In this document: in pieces, positions 53,946 to 62,269 of the stretch
Layout of the letters: each line of letters begins with the position of its first letter
Position numbering within the stretch: position 1 is the first letter of the stretch
Origin: a virus
Taxonomy: Duplodnaviria > Caudoviricetes
Virus record (IMG/VR): IMGVR_UViG_2931369376_000001
Location: 1-64,000 of that record
DNA: 64,000 bases
Reading direction: 5' to 3' (one strand)
Notes under the pieces: model-generated
Database searches by the model: none
What the model saw: only the letters and a program-made list of their open reading frames with translations
Told to the model about the DNA's origin: nothing
Translations under genes and position numbers: made by a program

Positions 53946-54421
53946 GATATTACGAGATCGAGGGCGCCGACTTGCGGTTGCCGCAGTTCCTGGTTTCCCC
54001 CCAGGTCAGCACGCGCATACAGAGCGGGAAGGCCCGCTTGATGATTCTCCCCTTCCGTCCTCAGCCGTCCGTTTGTACGGGCGCGCTGGAGCGGTTCGGC
54101 CTGGATTCTTTTACCGATGACGACCTGTTGGCAGCCGCTCGCCTGGCATTCAACTGGGGGCTGATCCCACCCCCAATCCCGGTCGGTTATGCGTTCGAGC
54201 TCAAACATGAATTCGTACCAGAAAAGAGCCGCAAATTTGGTACGGGGATAGTGCGACAAATGGGCATAACTCGGCTTCTTGATATAACCGCCAAGCATTG
54301 GAAGCTTGGAGGGTACACAAGCCGGAACGACTTCCATTCATATTGGCACCAGGCTGCCGCTGACCTCAGCGAGCATCCAAACCCATGGTGCTGGCTGATC
54401 GAATTCACCTTCAAGGGGTAA
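53942..54421 (+). CDS. ASCH/PUA-like phage protein
   Basis: RLLDIT...GGY...F..YW...NPWCWLIEF. Confidence 0.6.
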   Translation: MRYYEIEGADLRLPQFLVSPQVSTRIQSGKARLMILPFRPQPSVCTGALERFGLDSFTDDDLLAAARLAFNWGLIPPPIPVGYAFELKHEFVPEKSRKFGTGIVRQMGITRLLDITAKHWKLGGYTSRNDFHSYWHQAAADLSEHPNPWCWLIEFTFKG

Positions 54422-54424
54422 ACC

Positions 54425-54718
54425 GTGGAAATACCTGTGATCGCAGCGCTACTCCTGCACGTCATCTGGCTTGCGCGTTCCTACCAGCATGCGAAACCTG
54501 AAATGATGCAACGGGTTCGGACTGCCAGTGCCCTCAGCTCGCTGATTCTGACAACTTGGCTATTCTGTTTGATCTACAGCCGTGTGAGCGATTTGGCAGA
54601 CCTAAATTTTAAATTCAGCGCACAACCTGGTGGTCGTGAGGTTGTGCGCGTCATATCTTCCCCCGACAATTCAGTTTGTTACGCTGAAATCGGCACTTTT
54701 GACGATTTCCTGAAATGA
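54425..54718 (+). CDS. small membrane protein
   Basis: Two hydrophobic segments. Confidence 0.5.
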   Translation: MEIPVIAALLLHVIWLARSYQHAKPEMMQRVRTASALSSLILTTWLFCLIYSRVSDLADLNFKFSAQPGGREVVRVISSPDNSVCYAEIGTFDDFLK

Positions 54719-54783
54719 CAACTACCGTCCGTCGTTGAATCTGTGTGCTATTGGAACTTAGCTTCCTACTTGCTACCTTAGCG

Positions 54784-54945
54784 AGTGTGGGGCGCAGTGT
54801 GGGATCGGTTTTTTCAGCTCGCTGAGAAACCCTTATGCCACAAGGCCTGGAGGCCAATTGAACCGGGGATACACCATCCCCGTAGCTTTCGTTAAAATCT
54901 GCGCCCCTTTACCCCAATGAAGTACGGACTGGGAAAGCTCCCACA
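54784..54945. other. candidate attP region
   Basis: AGTGTGGG direct repeats (54784, 54796), inverted CCCACA (54940), central CGGGGAT-ACACC-ATCCCCG inverted repeat; directly upstream of int. Confidence 0.35.
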
Positions 54946-55027
54946 ACCCCCTGTCACCTAGTCCGAGAATGGAAGCTGCAAGCAATGCGAACCCAAGCCG
55001 TTACACCCTGCAAAAAGGTCGAAAACT

Positions 55028-56239
55028 ATGTCGCTCAATCAAAAAGTTATCGAGAAGATAACAGTCCCAGGCGTCTATTCCGATAAGAACGGATTGAGCC
55101 TGAAGGTCAGACCCACGGGCACCAAGTCGTGGATCCTGCGCTATCAATTCAACGGTAAACGCCATGACATTGGCCTGGGCTCGTTCCCGGAGATCAGTCT
55201 GGCCGACGCACGCAAAAGCACGATGGAATATCGTGTACTAATCAACAAAGGGATTGATCCTCTGGAACAACGCAAGGAAGCGTTCAGCGCCGCGGTTACC
55301 GTTGAAGATGAGGCATTGGCCTACATTGAGCGACATAGAGCAGGGTGGTCGGACAAGCACGGTACACAGTGGCTTAACTCCCTCACTGAGTACGTGTTTC
55401 CTGTGATCGGCACCATGCCGATCGGGTCCGTAGAAACCCCCGACATCATGAAGGTGCTCGATCCTATCTGGCATGAAAAGCCGGAGACAGCTCGGCGCGT
55501 GCGCAACCGCCTGGAGCGGGTTTTTGACCACGCGAAAGCCCACGGGCACCGCCAGGGCGAAAACCCGGCGCGCTGGAAAGGCCACCTGCAGAACCTCATG
55601 CCGAACAACCAGAACAGCGTCACGCAGTTGGACAGCATGGAGTTCACCCGCATCCCGTACTTCATGTACATGCTCGATGGCGAGGACTCCCGGACCGCAC
55701 GCTGCTTGCAGTTCCTGATCCTGACGGCCTGCCGCACCAGTGAAGCCCTGGGAGCGAAGTGGGAAGAGATCGACATGATCAATCGCGTGTGGACGATTCC
55801 CGCCACGCGCATGAAAAACAAGGTCGAACACCAGGTCCCGCTGAGCGAAGAGGCAATCCAGGTGCTGAGGGACACTGGATCGCGCGGGAGAAGCGATTAT
55901 GTGTTCCACGGCCCACGCTCGACGACAATGCTCCCGGATAACTCCCTGCGCCGCCTCTTGCGCAAGATGGGTGAAAAGCACTGCACCCCACATGGGTTCC
56001 GGGCAACGTTCCGCACCTGGGCCAACGAGAAAACCGCCTTTTCGTATGAGCTGTGTGAAATCGCGCTGGCTCACGTCGTGGGTAACGTGACCTCCCGGGC
56101 CTATGTCCGAGGTAACCAGTTGGAAAAACGTCGGCCTTTGATGGCCAAGTGGTCGAAGTTTGTGATGGAACGGGTAACCCCGCATCACCCAGTCATGGCG
56201 AAACAGGCTGTACCTGAGCAGACCCTGACGTTCCTGTAA
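55028..56239 (+). CDS. int: tyrosine integrase (P4-like, with arm-binding domain)
   Basis: GLSLKVRPTGTKSWILRY; catalytic R (ACRTSE), K, HGFR, H (LAH), Y (RAY). Confidence 0.93.
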   Translation: MSLNQKVIEKITVPGVYSDKNGLSLKVRPTGTKSWILRYQFNGKRHDIGLGSFPEISLADARKSTMEYRVLINKGIDPLEQRKEAFSAAVTVEDEALAYIERHRAGWSDKHGTQWLNSLTEYVFPVIGTMPIGSVETPDIMKVLDPIWHEKPETARRVRNRLERVFDHAKAHGHRQGENPARWKGHLQNLMPNNQNSVTQLDSMEFTRIPYFMYMLDGEDSRTARCLQFLILTACRTSEALGAKWEEIDMINRVWTIPATRMKNKVEHQVPLSEEAIQVLRDTGSRGRSDYVFHGPRSTTMLPDNSLRRLLRKMGEKHCTPHGFRATFRTWANEKTAFSYELCEIALAHVVGNVTSRAYVRGNQLEKRRPLMAKWSKFVMERVTPHHPVMAKQAVPEQTLTFL

Positions 56240-56255
56240 CCTGGTTGAAGCTTTA

Positions 56256-56279
56256 CCGGTGGGCGCCCTCGCCCACCGG
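56256..56279. terminator. perfect 10-bp hairpin between int and the lysis genes
   Basis: CCGGTGGGCG-CCCT-CGCCCACCGG. Confidence 0.55.
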
Positions 56280-56371
56280 GCTTTCCCCTAGACCCCGCTC
56301 CATTCCCTCATGCCAAACCATAAAAATACCCGTTTTTGGGCGTTTTACTGGCATTTTGCCACCTAAAAAAC

Positions 56372-56382
56372 TATCCCCGGAC
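56372..56382 (-). promoter_or_regulatory. 11-bp operator copy
   Basis: TATCCCCGGAC, oriented toward the int 3' end (antisense). Confidence 0.65.
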
Positions 56383-56410
56383 AAGTTTTGTCATGAACTG
56401 ACGTTTTGCG

Positions 56411-56725
56411 TCACTTACCGGCCCCCACTGCGAGTGGCAGCGCCTTTTGCTTCTGAGTTTCCTGCTCAGCGGCCTGCTTCTTGATGCAGTCGATAACCTG
56501 GGTAGCGCATTCCGTCAGCGCGCCTTCTACTTCATCAAGCGCTCGATACGGATCCTCATTGAGCTTCAGCGCTGGTCGGCCCGGCAGGCGACACGGCACC
56601 AGGCTCAGGCAGACCGGTGGAGCCTGCTCGATAAGCAACGGGGTCGGTGGTTTCTGGTCGTGCGTAGCGCACCCCGAGATCAACAGGGACAGGCTGGCGC
56701 AGGTAATCAGCAATAGCTTTGTCAT
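56411..56725 (-). CDS. o-spanin lipoprotein (Rz1/LysC-like)
   Basis: Lipobox LISGC, Pro-rich, C..VPC.LP; overlaps the i-spanin. Confidence 0.8.
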   Translation of the reverse strand: MTKLLLITCASLSLLISGCATHDQKPPTPLLIEQAPPVCLSLVPCRLPGRPALKLNEDPYRALDEVEGALTECATQVIDCIKKQAAEQETQKQKALPLAVGAGK

Positions 56726-57011
56726 TGCGTTTCAACTCATCAAAGTTGCGGTTGATTTGGGCCGACTGGGTGGCCAAGGTACTGTTCATCTGCCTGGTCG
56801 CCTTGCCAACCTCGGCCAGCTGCTCTTGCAATGCCGTGCGATCGGCCAGGGCCTGTGTCAGCGTTGCGGCGTTGGCCGCCAGCGTGTCGACGTCTCCCTT
56901 CAGACTTTCCACCTGCTGCTGAGCGGCGTCGGCGCTCTGCCGGTAATGGTCCGCGGCCCACAATGCCAGGACCGCCAGAATTGCCCCGGCAAACCATCCA
57001 TATGCGTTCAT
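56556..57011 (-). CDS. i-spanin (Rz/LysB-like)
   Basis: N-terminal TM, coiled coil, YLRQPVP. Confidence 0.8.
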   Translation of the reverse strand: MNAYGWFAGAILAVLALWAADHYRQSADAAQQQVESLKGDVDTLAANAATLTQALADRTALQEQLAEVGKATRQMNSTLATQSAQINRNFDELKRNDKAIADYLRQPVPVDLGVRYARPETTDPVAYRAGSTGLPEPGAVSPAGPTSAEAQ

Positions 57012-57038
57012 TCCTACCTCCCGCGCCTCAGCGCACAG

Positions 57039-57359
57039 TTATGCCTTGTCGGGCTCATCCTGAGCTTGCAGCTCCTTACGGGGACGCTCCACCGCCTTGC
57101 CGGCGACGTAGCCTGTAGTGACGGCCCCCAGCACCAGCCCGGAAATAACCTCCAGGGAGCCGGCGATGATCCTCACCAGCTCGACGGCCTGGGGACTGCC
57201 GTGCGCCATCCACACCACGCCCCCCATCACACCGCCGAACAGGCCGATGATTGCCGACAGCACAGTCACGCACAGCGCAAAACCGAAGCGCTTTACTGAC
57301 GGCCTGCCGGTGGTGCCCTCTTCGACGAAACGCCCCATCCAACGCAGGAAATTGTTCAT
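57039..57359 (-). CDS. holin-like two-TM protein
   Basis: Two hydrophobic helices, charged C-terminus, in the lysis cassette. Confidence 0.65.
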   Translation of the reverse strand: MNNFLRWMGRFVEEGTTGRPSVKRFGFALCVTVLSAIIGLFGGVMGGVVWMAHGSPQAVELVRIIAGSLEVISGLVLGAVTTGYVAGKAVERPRKELQAQDEPDKA

Positions 57360-58051
57360 GTCTGCATCGCCTTCTGCGCCCGCACCAGGTACGCCTCGCG
57401 CGACTGGGCGCCGATTTGGCCGCCATTGATCTTCTCGGTGATCATCGTGAAGTTACCGACGTCCGCCAGCTCATTGAGGCCGCGCGTCTCCCAGTACCAG
57501 GCCGCAGACAGGGCGGCACCTTCAGGCAGCCGCAGATAATCGGGCACCAGCGCCAGCTCCAGCCCGATGGCCTTACCGAACTCCAGGTGGTTGGCTTTGA
57601 ACGTCAGCTGCTTCAACCCAGCACCCCGGTACCGCCAACCATCACCACTTTCCTCCGGGCCATTGCCGAACCGGTTGGCGTAGACGTTATTGGCGATCGC
57701 TTCCGGGTTTCGTTCCAGCTTCAGGGCCTGGGCGTTTGGTTTGTTGCGTGGCCTGCCGTTTACCAGAGTCTTGACGTAGCCACCCTTCCCATCCGGAACG
57801 GCGAAACGCTTGGGCCAGGTGTTGGCCAACCCGTCGGCGCTGTAGTTCAAGCCCTCCGTAACCCGGGTGAAGTCACCCGACTCATGTGCCACCTGGGCCA
57901 GAAATGCCGTGATGCGCGGGTAGGTGTTGATCCTCCGCAACTGCATCGCGGCATTCAGGGGTTCGACGTACTGGGCGCATGCCTCGCGCCCTTTCTGCGT
58001 GATGCAGACTGCTTGCAGCTGCGCCAGTGTCACCAGTTCATTACCGGCCAT
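57356..58051 (-). CDS. GH19 endolysin
   Basis: AFLAQVAHESG, EGLNYS, GDGWRYRG, INGG. Confidence 0.9.
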   Translation of the reverse strand: MAGNELVTLAQLQAVCITQKGREACAQYVEPLNAAMQLRRINTYPRITAFLAQVAHESGDFTRVTEGLNYSADGLANTWPKRFAVPDGKGGYVKTLVNGRPRNKPNAQALKLERNPEAIANNVYANRFGNGPEESGDGWRYRGAGLKQLTFKANHLEFGKAIGLELALVPDYLRLPEGAALSAAWYWETRGLNELADVGNFTMITEKINGGQIGAQSREAYLVRAQKAMQT

Positions 58052-58355
58052 TGCCACGCTCCCGCTCCAGTTGTTCAACCTTGAAGCCGAGGCGAGCTAC
58101 CAGCTGCTCCAGCGTTTCGTTTTTGCCTTCCAGCCGGCCAACCCGCTGCGTCAACGCGACGACATCACGGTCTTGTAGGGCCTGCTTGGCGGCGATATCT
58201 GCGATGGACTTCACCACCCCATCCAGCTTGTTGCTGAACGACGTCACTGAAGTGATGATGTTGCTGCCTAACCAGATGATGAAGGCGGTGAACAGCACCT
58301 GAGAGCAGCCCATCACCCACTTCACCACCGGGTTTTCCCAAACCTGAGAGGTCAT
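58041..58355 (-). CDS. holin/antiholin-like single-TM protein
   Basis: One TM plus coiled coil; first gene of the lysis cassette. Confidence 0.6.
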   Translation of the reverse strand: MTSQVWENPVVKWVMGCSQVLFTAFIIWLGSNIITSVTSFSNKLDGVVKSIADIAAKQALQDRDVVALTQRVGRLEGKNETLEQLVARLGFKVEQLERERGNGR

Positions 58356-58390
58356 ATCCGGATCCCATTCCCCATAAGCACATGGCCATC

Positions 58391-58431
58391 ATTTTCCGAT
58401 GGCCATGCGGGGTTTCAGGTGGGAGGTTTGC
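58391..58431 (-). promoter_or_regulatory. late promoter (lysis cassette)
   Basis: GCAAAC-N29-GAAAAT. Confidence 0.6.
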
Positions 58432-58432
58432 G

Positions 58433-58684
58433 CTATCGGCGCCGGCGGCCACCCAACACGCCGCCCAGCATGTTTAGGCCCTTGATGATGTTGTTGATGC
58501 CGCCGATGACCGCTGATAAGCCTTTGTTGTGGTTTTCCTGGCTTTTCTTCCAGTTCTGATAACTTGGGCATTCAAACAAGGCGATGACCTCGCTCTGGCT
58601 GAGCCGGCCCGCGGTGATCAGGTCCTGATTGAAGTACAGCGCCAGGTCAGCCTTGGTGTTCGTCATCTGCTTCCAGTAATTCAC
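58433..58684 (-). CDS. small ORF overlapping the pmgB-like gene (possible recoded extension)
   Basis: +1 frame relative to 58647..59447. Confidence 0.55.
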   Translation of the reverse strand: MNYWKQMTNTKADLALYFNQDLITAGRLSQSEVIALFECPSYQNWKKSQENHNKGLSAVIGGINNIIKGLNMLGGVLGGRRRR

Positions 58685-59447
58685 ACGCCCTTCTGCTGAT
58701 TCCGGAACGGGGGTGAAATCGGGCAGGACCCAGCTCGGGCACCCCCTTCACGCCGTCGACGTCAGGTGTCGGCTCAGTTACCTGGGCCGCCAGGACGCCC
58801 TGGGCGTTGAATACGGCGTGCACGAAATGCTGAAGCCGCTGCGAGGCCTCCAGGTACGAATCAAAAAGCTGCATGAACTCCGTCTCTGGCGCGCTGCGCA
58901 GCACCTCGATACGGGCCTTCAGCGCTTTCCCATAGGACACGGGGTTGTCGTATTCCAGGGGAGCTTCGTCCACGCCACGGATACACGCAGACATTACGGC
59001 GAGTTGCCAACTGAAGTAAGTTTTCGGCAGTGCCCCCGTCTCAACCAGCGTTTCAATAGCTTCAGCCTGGTAGCCGTGCAACGGGGTGCAGAGGTGGGGA
59101 ACGCCGCCATGGTCAAACTCGACGGACTCCACATAATCGGTGTTGGCCAGCAGGTAGTCGTGCAGATGCCCTTCGCCCAGCTTGAAGTCGGGGCCATCCT
59201 CGAGCATGGCCGCCAGGTAAAAGATGACGACGTTCATGCGCTCGTTTACCGACCAAAACAGGGGATCGGTCACCGAAAGTTTGCCCGCCGGGCGGGGAAT
59301 TTGCTCGCACACCGCATTGAGAAAGGCAGTGATTGTGCGCTGCGCAAAGCGGTAAGGGATGGCACACAGATCCTGTATCTGCCCGATCGACAGTTCACGA
59401 GGTTGCACCGAAATACGCAGCGTGTGAACGGGTTGGATCGCCTTCAT
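58647..59447 (-). CDS. PmgB-like tail assembly chaperone
   Basis: DPLFWSVNER, PLHGYQAE resemble P1 PmgB as recalled; follows the tub-like gene. Confidence 0.6.
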   Translation of the reverse strand: MKAIQPVHTLRISVQPRELSIGQIQDLCAIPYRFAQRTITAFLNAVCEQIPRPAGKLSVTDPLFWSVNERMNVVIFYLAAMLEDGPDFKLGEGHLHDYLLANTDYVESVEFDHGGVPHLCTPLHGYQAEAIETLVETGALPKTYFSWQLAVMSACIRGVDEAPLEYDNPVSYGKALKARIEVLRSAPETEFMQLFDSYLEASQRLQHFVHAVFNAQGVLAAQVTEPTPDVDGVKGVPELGPARFHPRSGISRRACELLEADDEHQG

Positions 59448-60148
59448 AAAGCCCCAAACGATTCGTACTGAGTGAAAGTCAGGTTCAGTGCCGAAAACTC
59501 TTCGACGCCACGGTTCTGCGCCACTTGGCAGCTCACCGGGACCAGAACCCACGAGTTTGCATACCCCCGGCCTTCTTCAATGGCTCCATGGGTGATGGTG
59601 AAGGTGTTGGCGTAATCGCCAGGCAAGCCAAACGTGCCGTCAGGGTGCGCGTGCTGGCTCTTCAGCTCTTCGAACCAGGTCTTGATCTCACCGTCGACGT
59701 CGTAACACGTCAGGGTCAGCTCTACCGGGTCAGAGCCAGCCGGTACCTGGACGAACCCGGAACCGATTTTTTTCGTCTCATACCCCAGCTGCACGCCGTT
59801 GTAGCTGAACTCCGTCGCCAGCAAGTTCACCCGCGGCGCGTTGACTTTGCCGATCGGCTCCACGAGCACATGCCACAAATTGGACCGCTCGCGCATAACC
59901 CCCATGGACTCTTCGTACATTGCGTACAAAGTGGCCCAGCTCGTGCCCGCCAACGCTACGTTACCGCCGCCGTACGAGCTGGAGGGGCCCAGGAAATTGT
60001 CCATCAGCCCGTTGGCCGCCGCCGATAGATTCCCGTTGAGCAGGTTCCCGGCAATTTTGGTGAACTTCACCACCGGCGCCGAGGCGCTAAGAGCCCCCGC
60101 CGCCTTGCCCAGCGCCTGGTAGCCGAGACGTTCGAAAATGCTGGCCAT
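59444..60148 (-). CDS. P1 Tub-like tube/baseplate initiator
   Basis: LGYETKKIGSG...LTCYD...WF...PDGT. Confidence 0.7.
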   Translation of the reverse strand: MASIFERLGYQALGKAAGALSASAPVVKFTKIAGNLLNGNLSAAANGLMDNFLGPSSSYGGGNVALAGTSWATLYAMYEESMGVMRERSNLWHVLVEPIGKVNAPRVNLLATEFSYNGVQLGYETKKIGSGFVQVPAGSDPVELTLTCYDVDGEIKTWFEELKSQHAHPDGTFGLPGDYANTFTITHGAIEEGRGYANSWVLVPVSCQVAQNRGVEEFSALNLTFTQYESFGAL

Positions 60149-60537
60149 CAGATGCTTATCCAGTCTTCACAGAACGCCAGTTCCGGCAGCCGCAGCTCGT
60201 AGTCCTGGATTGCTGGCTGCACCTCCGCGACGGCTCGCCCAAACAGCTCAGCCCCCTGCGAACGTGACGCCTCCAGCGCCATGCTGTTTTCTTTCTCCAG
60301 GTACAGCAGCCACAGCGGACGAATAAGCGACAGCTCGCCAGCGGTCAGGTCGACGTCCTGTGTCGGGTCGGCCCCGATCAGCGCCTGGGCATTCACGACC
60401 TGGCCGCTTTTCAGATCGGCACAGCCGCAGTACTGCCGCGTGGCATCACGCAGGCTGCGCTCGACCTGTTCACTGGTGAGAACGCAGCCGATCGGCAATT
60501 CGGCCATGTGCTGCGCGGCCAGCTCGCTGATCTTCAT
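60148..60537 (-). CDS. head-tail adaptor-like protein (PmgC-like)
   Basis: Position upstream of the tub-like gene; helical. Confidence 0.4.
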   Translation of the reverse strand: MKISELAAQHMAELPIGCVLTSEQVERSLRDATRQYCGCADLKSGQVVNAQALIGADPTQDVDLTAGELSLIRPLWLLYLEKENSMALEASRSQGAELFGRAVAEVQPAIQDYELRLPELAFCEDWISI

Positions 60538-60546
60538 GCTGGCCCC

Positions 60547-61017
60547 TTACTTGTTGGCGAACCAATGGAAGTGCAGGGTTCCCGCGAACAGCAGCGGCGT
60601 ATCATTTTCCCAGTCGCGGTCTGGCGTATCCATGACCAGGAACGCGCCCTTGATGTCTTCGCTGTACGTCGAGTCTTCTGGACGACCGGCATAGGCCGTG
60701 GCGTCGAACACCGCGCCGGACTCGATCATCTTGACGAACTCCTTGCCAACGGTACCCGCAACAACTTCGTAGAACGCCACCGGGCCTTCGAACTTGGTCT
60801 TGTTGTTCTGTGGCTGCGCCATCGCCTGGCCATTCGGGCCGAAGAACTCCATGGCGTCCTTCACGGTCGCGACGGGCCAAGGAAACTGTTTACACAACAG
60901 CTGGATGCCCTCCATGCCGTTAATAACCAGCACCGCATCGGCGGTAGAGGCCTTGCGCCCCAGGTCGTTGATGTTCTGGAAGGTGCTGGAAAGCACCTGA
61001 TGTGTATTGACCGTCAT
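60547..61017 (-). CDS. BplB-like tail tube protein
   Basis: MEFFGPNG..QP...EGPVAFYE. Confidence 0.7.
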   Translation of the reverse strand: MTVNTHQVLSSTFQNINDLGRKASTADAVLVINGMEGIQLLCKQFPWPVATVKDAMEFFGPNGQAMAQPQNNKTKFEGPVAFYEVVAGTVGKEFVKMIESGAVFDATAYAGRPEDSTYSEDIKGAFLVMDTPDRDWENDTPLLFAGTLHFHWFANK

Positions 61018-61049
61018 CGGGACACCCCTGAGTGTGTGTATTCAGGGTA

Positions 61050-61090
61050 ATGATCGGACATAAAAAACCCCGCTCAATGACGGGGTTTGC
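61050..61090 (-). promoter_or_regulatory. late promoter (bplB) overlapping a terminator hairpin
   Basis: GCAAAC-N29-GATCAT; AAACCCCG/CGGGGTTT stem in the spacer. Confidence 0.6.
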
Positions 61091-61105
61091 ATGGTTTGAT
61101 GGCCG

Positions 61106-62266
61106 TTATCTGGTGAAGAAGCGCTTGATGTCAGGACGATCCAGGGCGGTGAGCGTGGCCATACTGAGCTGAACCGTCAGGGCAATGAAATTGCCCCTCG
61201 AATCCTTGGGCCCGTGCAACGGGTAGCTGATCGTCTCAAGCACCATGGGTGAGTAGGTCTGCCCTGCATAGGTCAGCCCCAGCAGCTTCGGTGCGAACGA
61301 TGGAAATAGCGCCTTGATGAAGCTGTCCACGTCACGCGAAGTCTGCAACACCTCCGACAAAATGCCCTCTTCTGCCAGCTCTTGTGGGAACACCCACTCC
61401 AGCAGCCGCTGAAGCGGCGCCATCACTTCCCTGGCCGCATCCGTGGTCGCGCGAAACTCCATGCTGAAGTTGATCCGTGTCGGCGGCGCCCCACTGAACA
61501 CCTGGCGCGAATTCAGCTTGGTCATGCCTGTACGACCTTCCAGCTCTTTCACCGCCGCTTTGAGCTTGTCGGCGCCGGCGTCTAGCATCCCACCAACCTT
61601 GCCGTTGGGGTCCGGGTTTACCGCCTGCAAGGCATTGAGCACAGGCACCAACGACCCGCTTTGAATCATCGCCGTGAGCGCGGGCGCCTTTGTTTCCGGC
61701 CCCATGTTTTCAAAGGGACTCTGCCAGTTGAAGGTCGCTTCGAACGAGCCCTCTTCCAGCGCGCCATAGACGCCTTCGTATTCCCGGATATCCGCCACGC
61801 CTTTGGCGTCGCACACGAACACACGCGCCAGCAGAAGCGGCGACAGGTTCCCCCAGTCGCTACCCAGGTCATTGCTGGCCGCCCGCATCCCCAACAACGA
61901 GTCGATGGCGCCCCCCATTGCTAAACCAGCAGTATCACCATCGAGCAAGGCCGACACGGACCCACTGATCTTGTCACCGACTGCCGAAAAGGTAGTTTCA
62001 CCATTCCAAAGCGCCGAAACGGTACCGGTGACCGACTGGGCACCGCTCTTGAGCAGGTTCAGGTTTTCCTTACCACCGACAAACCCGGCAAGCGTGTTTT
62101 CCGCCTGCTTGGCAGCGCCGGTGATAAGCCCTTCCCCTATGCGCCCGGTAGCGGTGGCAGCTGACCCCAGCAGCTTGTTCGACGTGCTCCCCGCCAGGGT
62201 GCCGGTGACACCCTTCAGGGAGCTGGAAGCGTATGCCGCTGCCTTGTCGATACTGAAGTCAGCCAC
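61106..62266 (-). CDS. PmgG-like baseplate/tube protein with N-terminal extension
   Basis: NWQSPFENM, VFSGAPPT, PKDSRGNF, DIKRFF. Confidence 0.7.
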   Translation of the reverse strand: MADFSIDKAAAYASSSLKGVTGTLAGSTSNKLLGSAATATGRIGEGLITGAAKQAENTLAGFVGGKENLNLLKSGAQSVTGTVSALWNGETTFSAVGDKISGSVSALLDGDTAGLAMGGAIDSLLGMRAASNDLGSDWGNLSPLLLARVFVCDAKGVADIREYEGVYGALEEGSFEATFNWQSPFENMGPETKAPALTAMIQSGSLVPVLNALQAVNPDPNGKVGGMLDAGADKLKAAVKELEGRTGMTKLNSRQVFSGAPPTRINFSMEFRATTDAAREVMAPLQRLLEWVFPQELAEEGILSEVLQTSRDVDSFIKALFPSFAPKLLGLTYAGQTYSPMVLETISYPLHGPKDSRGNFIALTVQLSMATLTALDRPDIKRFFTR

Positions 62267-62269
62267 GGC

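Noticed and set aside
54860-54876. tRNA 3' fragment (ends in ACACCA) as att core
   Set aside because: No T-arm GTTCRA with a pairing stem; the resemblance is limited to a few bases.
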